Origin: Candidatus Nanopelagicales bacterium
GTDB taxonomy: Bacteria > Actinomycetota > Actinomycetes > S36-B12 > UBA10799
DNA length: 54,966 nucleotides
Reading direction: 5' to 3'
Assembly: GCA_018003655.1 (NCBI GenBank)
Contig: JAGNDY010000005.1
Coordinates: 1 to 54,966 of the forward strand
The position numbers and the translations under genes were made by a program. The notes under the pieces are model-generated. The model had not been told where the DNA came from. It was given only the letters and a program-made list of their open reading frames with translations, and did no database searches. Every line of letters starts with the position of its first letter. The first letter of the stretch is position 1. This document shows, piece after piece, positions 19,374-28,027 of the stretch.

Positions 19374-19543
19374 GCGCCGGTCGGGTTAGCGCGGGTCGCC
19401 GGTCTTGTACAACCGGTAGACCACGTAGCCGATGAACCAAGCCGACGCGACAGCAACGAGCACGAGCAGCGACGTGAAGAAGAGTTCAAGCACGCGACCA
19501 GCCTAGCCCGCTAACGACGTCGTGCCTGCGCGAGGATGGGGGA

Positions 19544-19903
19544 ATGCATCGACTAGTTGTCAAGCTGACCGTCGGCGATAGCGAGCCGGAGCGCTGTTCC
19601 CAAGCGTTCTCCGTTGCTGCGGCAGCCATCGCCGCCGGAGCGGACGCGTCGGTCTGGCTGACCGGCGACGCGGTCGGCTTCGCGAAGCCTGGTTTCGCCG
19701 AGGGGTTCACGCTCGCGGATTCGACGTCGATGACCCAACTGCGCGACCTGGTCATGGCGGACGGATTGCTGACGGTCTGCACCCAGTGCGCCCAGCGACG
19801 CTCCCTGACCGCTGCGGACTTCTTGCCAGCCGTCCGGATCGCGGGGTCCGCCGCATTCGTCGAAGAGTGCCTCATCGACGGAACCCAGGCGTTGGTCTAC
19901 TAG
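19544..19903 (+). CDS. DsrE/DsrF-like sulfur-relay family protein
   Basis: 119 aa. MHRLVVKLT...AAAAIAAGADASVWLTGDAV...LTVCTQC is the Rossmann-like DsrE pattern with conserved Cys. Confidence 0.75.
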   Translation: MHRLVVKLTVGDSEPERCSQAFSVAAAAIAAGADASVWLTGDAVGFAKPGFAEGFTLADSTSMTQLRDLVMADGLLTVCTQCAQRRSLTAADFLPAVRIAGSAAFVEECLIDGTQALVY

Positions 19904-19921
19904 CGCCTGGGTTCCGTCGAT
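19874..19921. terminator. 18-bp perfect stem whose loop contains the DsrE stop codon (convergent-gene terminator)
   Basis: atcgacggaacccaggcg / ttggtctactag / cgcctgggttccgtcgat. Confidence 0.5.
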
Positions 19922-19956
19922 CGGTCCGTTCCTGACAGCCGCCGCGTCGAACGTGC

Positions 19957-20256
19957 CTACCCGGGCAGCTCCACCAGTACTTCAGCAATTGCGCCCTGGC
20001 TCGCGACCACGCTGCGGTCGAGGGTTGCACCCGGCGCCAGCATCCGTAGCGTCCAACCTCCCGGGGCCGCGAAGAACCGGAACTGACCTGTGGCACTCGT
20101 CGGAACCTCAGCCGTGAACTCTCCCGTGCTGTCGAGCAGGCGCACGTAAGCGCCACCTAACGGTTCTCCACCGCGGGAGACAACCCCTTGGATCACCGCC
20201 TCCTTGGTGGCATCAATTCCTTCGGTGGACAACCCGCCGGTCGTTGCGCCGCACAT
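19957..20256 (-). CDS. DUF1416 protein (SseC-like), partner of rhodanese
   Basis: About 100 aa starting MCGATTGG... The ATG shares 1 nt with the rhodanese stop. Same pairing as cysA2/sseC2 in M. tuberculosis. Confidence 0.8.
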   Translation of the reverse strand: MCGATTGGLSTEGIDATKEAVIQGVVSRGGEPLGGAYVRLLDSTGEFTAEVPTSATGQFRFFAAPGGWTLRMLAPGATLDRSVVASQGAIAEVLVELPG

Positions 20257-21119
20257 CAGGCCTGGCCCCCCGCTGGAGTCCCCGCGATGGCGCCCTTTTG
20301 GACCGGCACGCCAACCAGGGAGCCGTACTCGGTCCACGATCCGTCGTAGTTGCGCACGTTCTGCAAACCCAGCAGCTCGTGCAGTACGAACCAAGTGTGG
20401 GCAGAGCGCTCGCCGATACGGCAGTAAGCAACCGTGTCCGTTGCCAGGTCGACTCCCTCGGCTTCGTAGAGCGCCGTCAACTCCTCGTCGGAGCGGAAGG
20501 TGCCATCGTCGTTGGCCGCCTTGCTCCACGGGATGTTCGCCGCGGTCGGGATGTGCCCGGCCCGTTGCGACTGCTCCTGCGGCAGGTGGGCCGGCGCCAG
20601 AAGCTTGCCCGAGTATTCATCCGGCGAGCGCACGTCGATGAGGTTTTCGACGCCGATGGCTGCGATGACCTCGTCACGTAGCGCGCGGATCGTGGGGTCC
20701 TGCGGCTGGGCCACGTAGGTGGTTGGCGTGCGCTCCGGCACTTCGGTTACCAGTTCGCGCGAATCCAGCTCCCACTTCTTCCGTCCGCCATCGAGCAGGC
20801 GAACGTCGGGGTGACCGTAGAGCTTGAAGTACCAGTACGCGTATGACGCGAACCAGTTGTTGTTGCCGCCGTAGAGAACGACGGTGTCGTCGTTCGAGAT
20901 TCCCTTGCTGCTGAGCAGCGCCTCGAACTGCTCCTTTGTGACGAAGTCACGACGAACCGGGTCCTGCAGGTCGTCGCGCCAATCTATCCGGACGGCATTG
21001 CGGATGTGGTTCTTCTCGTAGGCGGTGGTGTCCTCATCGACCTCGACGAGGACGATGCTGTCGCCCGCGAGGTTCTCCTCGACCCAATCGGCCGAGACGA
21101 GTGCGGTCTCACGACTCAT
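20256..21119 (-). CDS. Thiosulfate/3-mercaptopyruvate sulfurtransferase (tandem rhodanese)
   Basis: Two rhodanese domains with active-site loop CRIGERSAHTW. SD AGGAGAA lies upstream of ATG 21119. Confidence 0.92.
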   Translation of the reverse strand: MSRETALVSADWVEENLAGDSIVLVEVDEDTTAYEKNHIRNAVRIDWRDDLQDPVRRDFVTKEQFEALLSSKGISNDDTVVLYGGNNNWFASYAYWYFKLYGHPDVRLLDGGRKKWELDSRELVTEVPERTPTTYVAQPQDPTIRALRDEVIAAIGVENLIDVRSPDEYSGKLLAPAHLPQEQSQRAGHIPTAANIPWSKAANDDGTFRSDEELTALYEAEGVDLATDTVAYCRIGERSAHTWFVLHELLGLQNVRNYDGSWTEYGSLVGVPVQKGAIAGTPAGGQA

Positions 21120-21133
21120 GATGTGTTTCTCCT

Positions 21134-21190
21134 TTGATGTCAGGGTGATGCGTTGATGTCAGGGTGATGCCTTGATGTGACTGGATGGGG
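21134..21190. repeat. Three tandem 19-nt units immediately upstream of the rhodanese SD
   Basis: ttgatgtcagggtgatgcg / ttgatgtcagggtgatgcc / ttgatgtgactggatgggg. Confidence 0.85.
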
Positions 21191-21204
21191 CTTGGAAGTG
21201 CTCG

Positions 21205-21696
21205 TCAGCTGGTGGCGACTGCGCCGCGACCGACGCGCTTGATCAGCAGGTACATCTCGCAGCCGAGGCAGAAGTCGAACGCCGTGTTGAGGAACGCTGC
21301 GGCAAGGGCGAGCGCAATCGCGAAGTAGAAGACGATGGACAGGCCAGCAAGTAGGCCGACGAGAGCCACCAGAGCGAAGGCAAGGCCGACCGCCTGGGCG
21401 AACCGCGGTGGCGCCGGGTCCTCAAGCTCTGCCGGGGGGCCCAGTCGTGGCCGGACGAAACGGCGGTAGATCAGGCCATAGGGCTGAGCGTGCAGGCCAA
21501 GAACCGCGCCAGCCGCGAAGGCCAAAGTCTGGATCGCGAGCAGTGCTGCCGATAGTCCTGAGGTGGGTCCGAGCAGCAGGAGCGCTGCCAGCACGGCAGT
21601 GGTGATTCCCGCGCCGAAGCGTGGGCCACGGGGGTCGATACCTCGGACGGGGGTTGTTTGTGGTGAACGTTGAACGGTTTGTGGCGGTGTAGTCAT
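21205..21696 (-). CDS. DUF4395 membrane protein
   Basis: Four hydrophobic helices and a C-terminal FDFCLGCEMY motif. ATG 21696 has SD GAGGGA. Confidence 0.8.
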   Translation of the reverse strand: MTTPPQTVQRSPQTTPVRGIDPRGPRFGAGITTAVLAALLLLGPTSGLSAALLAIQTLAFAAGAVLGLHAQPYGLIYRRFVRPRLGPPAELEDPAPPRFAQAVGLAFALVALVGLLAGLSIVFYFAIALALAAAFLNTAFDFCLGCEMYLLIKRVGRGAVATS

Positions 21697-21730
21697 GATT
21701 CCCTCTGGTCGAAGAGCTGTTCTGTGGCCG

Positions 21731-21750
21731 GCACCGATCAGATTCGGTGC
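21731..21750 (-). promoter_or_regulatory. Perfect 7-bp hairpin in the leader between the Cys-rich sORF and DUF4395
   Basis: gcaccga / tcagat / tcggtgc. It lies 34 nt upstream of the DUF4395 ATG, and one arm overlaps an alternative pairing partner. Confidence 0.3.
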
Positions 21751-21848
21751 TGAACAGCAAGGGCCTCGCCTCGGCACGGTGGCAGGTCACGCGCCGCCTT
21801 CGAGGAGGGGCGCATCCGTGCCGGATCTAGCGAAGGGTCGCTGTCCGG

Positions 21849-21941
21849 TCAGGACATACAGGAACAGGACATACACATGCAGGTAGTGGACAGGCAGAAG
21901 TCGACGGCACGCCGCTTCACCAAGTCAACCTGCTGATCCAT
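21849..21941 (-). CDS. Cys-rich 30-codon small ORF (candidate regulatory leader peptide)
   Basis: Translates as MDQQVDLVKRRAVDFCLSTTCMCMSCSCMS. Five Cys fall in the last 15 codons, three as TGT, a codon expected to be uncommon in such GC-rich DNA. It begins 10 nt after the thioredoxin stop and has no clear SD. Confidence 0.4.
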   Translation of the reverse strand: MDQQVDLVKRRAVDFCLSTTCMCMSCSCMS

Positions 21942-21951
21942 GGGCGGTAGC

Positions 21952-22494
21952 TTAGGACGCTGCCTGGGCTTGACCCAAATCGGGGTCCCCAGCCGACGCA
22001 TCACGTGTTGTCGCCTTCTGCGGCTGACCCTCGACCGGAAGTCCCGAATCGGGCGGAACGACCGCTCCGAGCGCCGCCACAACGTCGGCGAAGCGGGGCT
22101 GACCAGCAGCGCGGTGTGCCACGGCACCGGTGGGTTCCAGGATGAACACGGTCGGTGTCCGCATGACGTTGAATTGGCGGGTCAATTCGAGCTGCGACTC
22201 GGCGTCCACCTCGGCGTAGACCACGCCATCCACCATGTCAGCCACCCGTTCCAGGGTGCGCTTGGTCGCGCGGCACGGCTGGCAGAAGGCGGAGGTGAAC
22301 TGCACCAACGTTGCTGCCGTTCCCAGTTCAACCCCGAGGTCGTGCGCCGTGAAGGCGGGTCTTGCCACCGCAGCGGTGGAGGTGTCAAGGCCCTTGGAAG
22401 CAGCGAATCTGCCGTCGGTTCGTTTGCGCCACAGCCCGAACGCCGTGGCCGCGACCAGAACCGCGACCAGCGCGATGACGCCCGCCGAATTCAT
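21952..22494 (-). CDS. Membrane-anchored thioredoxin-fold protein (ThiX-like)
   Basis: N-terminal TM helix, then a thioredoxin fold with redox motif CQPC ([13 protein letters not shown]). The ATG overlaps the glnR stop (ATGA). Confidence 0.85.
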   Translation of the reverse strand: MNSAGVIALVAVLVAATAFGLWRKRTDGRFAASKGLDTSTAAVARPAFTAHDLGVELGTAATLVQFTSAFCQPCRATKRTLERVADMVDGVVYAEVDAESQLELTRQFNVMRTPTVFILEPTGAVAHRAAGQPRFADVVAALGAVVPPDSGLPVEGQPQKATTRDASAGDPDLGQAQAAS

Positions 22495-23213
22495 TGGCTG
22501 ACCTCTGTCGTAACCACCGATGTGTGGCTCGCCTCGTCTTTGGGCGGCACCACGAAGCGGTAGCCAACATTGCGTACTGTTCCGATCAACGCCTCATGCT
22601 CAGAGCCGAGTTTGGCCCGTAGACGTCGGACGTGCACGTCGACGGTGCGGGTCCCACCGAAGTAGTCATAACCCCAGACTTCCTGCAACAACTGCGCCCG
22701 GGTGAAGACCCGGCCGGGATGCTGAGCGAGGTATTTGACGAGTTCGAATTCCTTGAAAGTCAGATCGAGCGGATGGTTGCGCAGCCGAGCGGAATAGGTT
22801 GCCTCGTCGATGACCAATTCGCCACCGCGGATCTCGTCCATCCCCGCAGTGGTCGAGGTCGCGGCAATCCGGCCGATCGAGATGCGCAGCCGGGCCTCAA
22901 GTTCGGCGGGTCCAGCCGTATCCAGCACCACGTCGTCCACACCCCAGTCAGCGGTGATCGCGGTGAGTCCACCCTCGGTCACCGCCAAGATCACTGGCAC
23001 GTCGACGCCCGTCGTTCGAATCACTCGGCACAGGCTGCGGACCCTGGGCAGGTCTGCTCGACCGTCCACCAGGATCGCGTCGGTCGGGGGCGCATCGAGG
23101 AGGGCAGCGCCGTCCGCTGGCATCACGCGTACTTGGTGTTGCAACAGACTCAGGGCCGGGAGCACCTGCTCGCTGGGCGCCAGCGCATTGGTGAGCAACA
23201 GCAACGTGCTCAT
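22491..23213 (-). CDS. glnR: GlnR-type orphan OmpR-family response regulator (nitrogen regulator)
   Basis: [30 protein letters not shown]...[20 protein letters not shown] is the atypical receiver, followed by an OmpR winged helix ([15 protein letters not shown]...VRNVGYRF). Adjacent to mshD, as Rv0818 is to Rv0819. Confidence 0.85.
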   Translation of the reverse strand: MSTLLLLTNALAPSEQVLPALSLLQHQVRVMPADGAALLDAPPTDAILVDGRADLPRVRSLCRVIRTTGVDVPVILAVTEGGLTAITADWGVDDVVLDTAGPAELEARLRISIGRIAATSTTAGMDEIRGGELVIDEATYSARLRNHPLDLTFKEFELVKYLAQHPGRVFTRAQLLQEVWGYDYFGGTRTVDVHVRRLRAKLGSEHEALIGTVRNVGYRFVVPPKDEASHTSVVTTEVSQ

Positions 23214-23343
23214 GGCTGCGCCCCCTTCCACTGTGGCGACGAGCTCGGCGATCGTTCAGGTCAAGAGTCAACAACTACCTGCGAGGATACCTTCCAACCC
23301 CAAACGTGCAGCAGGAAAGGGACAAGCGGTGGCCGACGAATTC

Positions 23344-24273
23344 ATGATCCAGGACGGCCCGCGACTCGACGCTGCCGAACTGCGCGCCGTCGCAAAGCTC
23401 CTCGATCGAGTCGTCGAGTCCGGCGGTGTCCGACCTCTTAGCGAGAAGGTGGTGGCCGAGCTGCGGGCTGGCGCAGACGCCGATGGACGGCATATCCGGC
23501 TATACCGGGACGATTCGTTGGTTGCCTACGCCAATGTGGACTGCTCGGATGCCGACCGTCCGGTGGTAGAGATCGCCCTTGACCCGTGCGTTGAACTGGA
23601 CTGGGTCGGCGTGCTCGTGCTCGACCGCCTGGTCGCCACGACTGCGGGGGATATCCAATTGTGGTGTCACGGATCGCAGGGAAATTTGGCCAACCTGGCG
23701 GTGGACCGGGGTTTTGCGTTGCGACGCACGTTGATCCGGATGCGCCGCGATCTGTCGCAGGTACTGCCCAAAGCCGACCTGCCGCCAGGTGTGCGGGTGC
23801 GGGCGTTCCGGGTTGGTGAGGACGAACAGGCCTGGCTCGCGGTCAACTCTCGCGCGTTCGCTGATCTGCCCGATCAGGGTGGCTGGGGCGGCAGCGAACT
23901 CGCTGCGCGCCTTCGAGCACCGTGGTTCGATGCGAACGGCTTCCTGCTGGCCGTCAGGGAGGGCGAACGCGGTGGAATAGATGAGTTGGTGGGCTTCCAC
24001 TGGACCAAGATTCACACAGATGGCGCGGATGCTGGTTTGGGCACCCGGTCCGAGCGGGTCGGTGAGGTCTACGTGCTGGGAGTTGATCCGGCCTTTCAGG
24101 GCACAGGACTCGGGACAGCACTGACTTTGCTCGGACTTGCGTATCTCGCATCATGTGGGCTCACATCGGTCATGCTCTACGTCGAGTCGGACAATCTGGC
24201 CGCGATCCACACGTATGAGCGACTCGGGTTCCGGCGGTACGCCGCGGACAGTCTCTTCGCGCTGAAAAGCTAG
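23344..24273 (+). CDS. mshD: Mycothiol synthase (acetyl-CoA:Cys-GlcN-Ins acetyltransferase)
   Basis: Two GNAT domains; the second carries the acetyl-CoA motif VLGVDPAFQGTGLGTAL. Start is ATG 23344, or alternatively GTG 23329. The upstream part of ORF 22810.. is antisense to glnR. Confidence 0.85.
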   Translation: MIQDGPRLDAAELRAVAKLLDRVVESGGVRPLSEKVVAELRAGADADGRHIRLYRDDSLVAYANVDCSDADRPVVEIALDPCVELDWVGVLVLDRLVATTAGDIQLWCHGSQGNLANLAVDRGFALRRTLIRMRRDLSQVLPKADLPPGVRVRAFRVGEDEQAWLAVNSRAFADLPDQGGWGGSELAARLRAPWFDANGFLLAVREGERGGIDELVGFHWTKIHTDGADAGLGTRSERVGEVYVLGVDPAFQGTGLGTALTLLGLAYLASCGLTSVMLYVESDNLAAIHTYERLGFRRYAADSLFALKS

Positions 24274-24354
24274 TCAGCCGGGTTCGCCGCGACTGGCCTG
24301 GGAGCGTCCACACACGGCTGTGCGCATGCCCGCGACATCTGGGAGGATGCAGTC

Positions 24355-26487
24355 ATGACCACCGAGATCACACGCAGCTCCGAAACAGGCGAGCAGGTCG
24401 AAGTCGGTCAAAACATCGGCGACCAGATCGGGCATCGCTACATCGACCGCGAACTGTCCTGGCTGGCGTTCAACCAACGGGTGCTGGAACTCGCCGAGAA
24501 CCCCGACCTGCCGCTGCTGGAACGAACCAAGTTCCTTGCCATCTTTGCCAGCAACCTCGACGAATTCTTCATGGTTCGGGTCGCCGGGCTGAAGCGCCGA
24601 ATTGCCACCGGCATTGCGGTTCGGGCCGCCAGCGGTTTGCTACCGCGCGAAGTCCACGGCGCCGTGTTGGAGAAGACCCGGGAACTGATGGGTCGGCAGG
24701 CATTCTGCTTCCGGCAGGAGGTGCTCCCGGCCTTGCAAGCGCAGGGCATCGAGTTGATTCGCTGGCAGGAACTGACCGAGCTCGAGCAGGAGCAGCTCGG
24801 ATCGTGGTTCGACGAGAAGGTCTTCCCCGTCCTTACCCCGCTGGCAGTCGATCCTGCCCACCCCTTTCCCTACATCTCCGGCCTGTCGCTGAGCTTGGCC
24901 GTCATCGTCCGGAATCCGGAAACCGACGAGGAACTGTTTGCCCGCGTCAAGGTGCCGGAGACCCTGCAGCGGTTCGTGCAGATCGGTCCGCAACGGTTCA
25001 CTCCCCTCGAGGACGTGATTGCCGCCCACCTCGATCGCCTATTCCCTGGCATGACCATCGAGGAATCGAGCACGTTCCGGGTGACCCGCAACGAGGACGT
25101 CGAGGTCGAGGAAGACGACGCCGAGAACCTGCTCAAGGCACTTGAGCGCGAACTTATGCGCCGCCGATTTGGGCCCCCGGTGCGTCTTGAGGTCGAAGAA
25201 TCCATCAACGAGCACATGCTCCGGCTACTCGTACGCGAGTTGGCGGTCAGCGATGCGGAGGTGTTCCGACTCCCCGGCCCAGTCGATTTGACCGGATTGT
25301 GGACCCTGGTTGACCTCGATCGTGACGACCTGAAGGATCCGGCATTCGTGCCAAAGACGAACCGCGACCTGGCCGGCGTGGAAACTGCGTCCGAGCCCGA
25401 CGTGCTCGACGCCATGAAGCGCGGTGACATCCTGCTGCACCACCCGTACGACTCGTTTTCGACCAGCGTTCAGCGCTTTCTCGAACAGGCAGCGACCGAC
25501 CGCAAGGTGCTGGCCATCAAGCAAACCCTGTACCGGACATCTGGTGACTCACCGATCATCGATGCGCTGATCGAAGCAGCCCACGCGGGCAAGCAGGTGC
25601 TGGCGCTGGTCGAGATCAAGGCGCGCTTCGACGAGGAGGCGAACATTTCCTGGGCTCGCAAGCTCGAGCGCGCAGGCGTGCATGTGGTGTACGGACTCGT
25701 GGGACTCAAGACCCACTGCAAGCTCTCCATGGTGATACGCGATGAGGGAGACTCGCTCGTCCGCTACACCCACATTGGCACGGGCAACTACCACCCGAAA
25801 ACGGCTCGCCTCTATGAAGACCTTGGACTGCTCACCAGCGACCGCGAGGTTGGCGAAGACGTCGGCAATCTTTTCAACCGGCTGTCTGGCTACTCGATGA
25901 AGAATGAGTACCAACGGCTGCTCGTAGCCCCCCATTCCATCCGCTCGGGATTGGTCGATCGCATCGAACGCGAGATTGACAATCACGAGGCTGGCCGGTC
26001 AGCGCGAATTCGATTCAAGTGCAACTCGATCGTCGACGAGGCCACCATCGATGCGTTGTATCGGGCCTCCAACGCGGGCGTGCCCGTTGACATGTTGGTT
26101 CGCGGGATCTGCGCGCTTCGACCCGAGGTTCCGGGCCTGAGCGAGAACATCCGGGTGCGCAGCGTGCTTGGTCGTTTCCTGGAACACTCTCGCGTCTACG
26201 AATTTGCCAACGGCGGCGACACCGAGGTGTTCATCGGCTCTGCGGACCTGATGCACCGCAACCTCGATCGGCGCGTGGAGACACTGGTTCGGATCACCGA
26301 TCAGGAACACATCGCCGAGATCGCGGGCTTGCTCGACCTCAGTCTGGAAGACCAGACCGCGTCGTGGCATCTTGATAGCGATGGAACGTGGACTGGGGTC
26401 CATACCGATAGCGAAGGCAGGCCATTGCGCGACCTACAGGCGTACCTCATCAAAGCTCACTCGAAACGACTCGGCGCTAGTTCATGA
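24355..26487 (+). CDS. ppk: Polyphosphate kinase 1
   Basis: 710 aa with [19 protein letters not shown] at the N-terminus and two PLD-like C-domains ([10 protein letters not shown]; [10 protein letters not shown]). Confidence 0.96.
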   Translation: MTTEITRSSETGEQVEVGQNIGDQIGHRYIDRELSWLAFNQRVLELAENPDLPLLERTKFLAIFASNLDEFFMVRVAGLKRRIATGIAVRAASGLLPREVHGAVLEKTRELMGRQAFCFRQEVLPALQAQGIELIRWQELTELEQEQLGSWFDEKVFPVLTPLAVDPAHPFPYISGLSLSLAVIVRNPETDEELFARVKVPETLQRFVQIGPQRFTPLEDVIAAHLDRLFPGMTIEESSTFRVTRNEDVEVEEDDAENLLKALERELMRRRFGPPVRLEVEESINEHMLRLLVRELAVSDAEVFRLPGPVDLTGLWTLVDLDRDDLKDPAFVPKTNRDLAGVETASEPDVLDAMKRGDILLHHPYDSFSTSVQRFLEQAATDRKVLAIKQTLYRTSGDSPIIDALIEAAHAGKQVLALVEIKARFDEEANISWARKLERAGVHVVYGLVGLKTHCKLSMVIRDEGDSLVRYTHIGTGNYHPKTARLYEDLGLLTSDREVGEDVGNLFNRLSGYSMKNEYQRLLVAPHSIRSGLVDRIEREIDNHEAGRSARIRFKCNSIVDEATIDALYRASNAGVPVDMLVRGICALRPEVPGLSENIRVRSVLGRFLEHSRVYEFANGGDTEVFIGSADLMHRNLDRRVETLVRITDQEHIAEIAGLLDLSLEDQTASWHLDSDGTWTGVHTDSEGRPLRDLQAYLIKAHSKRLGASS

Positions 26488-28010
26488 CGCAAAGTCCAGT
26501 CGCGGTCAGGGAAGTCGAACTCAAACTGCGGGTCCACGGATTGTTCCGGCTGCCCGACCTCGTCAGTGAGAGAACCGGCGTGGGACGCGCCAAGCGGCAA
26601 GTCGTCCGCAACCTGCAGGCGATCTACTACGACACCGAGGACCTTCGCTTGTATCGCTGGGGCGTCACGCTGCGGCGGCGCGAGGGTGGCCCGGATGCCG
26701 GGTGGCATCTGAAACTCCCGGTCCCTGGATCGGCCGGCCAAGCCCGCGACGAGCTCCAGTTGCCGCTGTCCGAGGGTGCGGTCGGAGATGTTCCGGCTGT
26801 CCTCCGAGAAATCGTGACCCCGTACACGCGCGGTATTGACTTGGTTGCCAAGGCGGAACTGCGCACCGAGCGCACGCCCTACCTGCTCTACGACCGCACT
26901 GGCAAGGCGTTCGCCGAGATGGTCGATGACAGCGTCTCCATCGTTGACAACGACGCTGTCGTGGAGCGTTTCCGGGAGCTGGAGATCGAAGCGCTCATCG
27001 ACGACGCTCCCCTCCGACAGGTCATCGACCCCCTGATCGCGGCCGGTGCGATCCCTATCCGCGGCAATAAGGTCGGCAACGCCTTGGGACCACAGGCGTT
27101 CGGGCCAGCCGACGTGCTCAGCCCAGGCGAGGTCGGCCCGCAGGACAGCGCCGGTGATGCCATCACGGCATTTCTGCGCAAGTACGTCATCGCGTTCATC
27201 AGACAGGATGTGCGCGTTAGGCGCGACCTTCCTGACGGCGTTCACCAAATGCGGGTTGCTGCTCGCCGTTTGCGCAGCGGGCTGAAGGCCTTCGGCCCGC
27301 TCGTGGACAAGAAGTGGGCCGACGACCTGCGCAAGGAGTTGGGCTGGGCAGCCAGCGAACTTGGAGCCGCCCGGGACACCGAGGTGCTGTTGGAACGCCT
27401 CGATCGTCACGCCGCCGACCTCGGTTACCGCGATGCTGAGCTGGTGAAGGCGCTGATCGATCCGCAACTCAACGCGCGACTCGACAATGCGCGCGGCCAT
27501 TCCCTCGGCGCACTCTTGAGCCCACGGCACCTGCGTTTGCTCGACGATTTGGTTGCCGCGGCCGCGGCACCGAACCTGACCGAATTGGCCGACGAATCTA
27601 GCGCCGAGGTCTTCCCCGAGTTGGTCGACCGAACCTTCCGCCGACTGGCTCGGCAGGTGAAGGAGCTCCAACTCGAGGGACCGGCCGAGGTCTGGCACGA
27701 GGCTCGAATCTCGGCGAAGCGAGCCCGATACTCAGCCGATGCCATCTCCGGTGTCTTCGGTGCCCCCGCGAAGAACCTCGCAGCTGCACTGTCGGAGGTG
27801 ACGGAGATCCTGGGCGAGCACCAGGACGCCTGCATCGCCCAGGATGTATTGCGCGAGATGGCCGCAACCGACGGCCTCGATGGCCCGACCGGGTTTGCGT
27901 TGGGGTTGCTCCATGAGCACGAATTCGAGGCGGAAATCCATGCCCGACTCGAGTTTCAACGAGTCTGGCCGTCAGTGACCCGCGTGCACGAGCGCACGCA
28001 ACTGGCATAG
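26484..28010 (+). CDS. CYTH- and CHAD-domain protein (triphosphate tunnel enzyme fused to a polyP-binding helical domain)
   Basis: EVELKL (ExExK) lies at the N-terminus. The C-terminal basic helical repeats are [13 protein letters not shown] and [13 protein letters not shown]. The ATG overlaps the ppk stop (ATGA). Confidence 0.88.
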   Translation: MTQSPVAVREVELKLRVHGLFRLPDLVSERTGVGRAKRQVVRNLQAIYYDTEDLRLYRWGVTLRRREGGPDAGWHLKLPVPGSAGQARDELQLPLSEGAVGDVPAVLREIVTPYTRGIDLVAKAELRTERTPYLLYDRTGKAFAEMVDDSVSIVDNDAVVERFRELEIEALIDDAPLRQVIDPLIAAGAIPIRGNKVGNALGPQAFGPADVLSPGEVGPQDSAGDAITAFLRKYVIAFIRQDVRVRRDLPDGVHQMRVAARRLRSGLKAFGPLVDKKWADDLRKELGWAASELGAARDTEVLLERLDRHAADLGYRDAELVKALIDPQLNARLDNARGHSLGALLSPRHLRLLDDLVAAAAAPNLTELADESSAEVFPELVDRTFRRLARQVKELQLEGPAEVWHEARISAKRARYSADAISGVFGAPAKNLAAALSEVTEILGEHQDACIAQDVLREMAATDGLDGPTGFALGLLHEHEFEAEIHARLEFQRVWPSVTRVHERTQLA

Positions 28011-28027
28011 CGGACGGTCAACGAACA

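Noticed and set aside
21134-21190. Possible mini-CRISPR array
   Set aside because: The units are directly abutting 19-mers without spacers. There are only about 3 copies and no cas genes. It is treated as a regulatory or tandem repeat instead.
26457-27698. 413-aa minus-strand ORF inside the CYTH/CHAD gene
   Set aside because: The plus frame has the ExExK and CHAD helices and is start/stop-coupled to ppk. The antisense ORF has no features.
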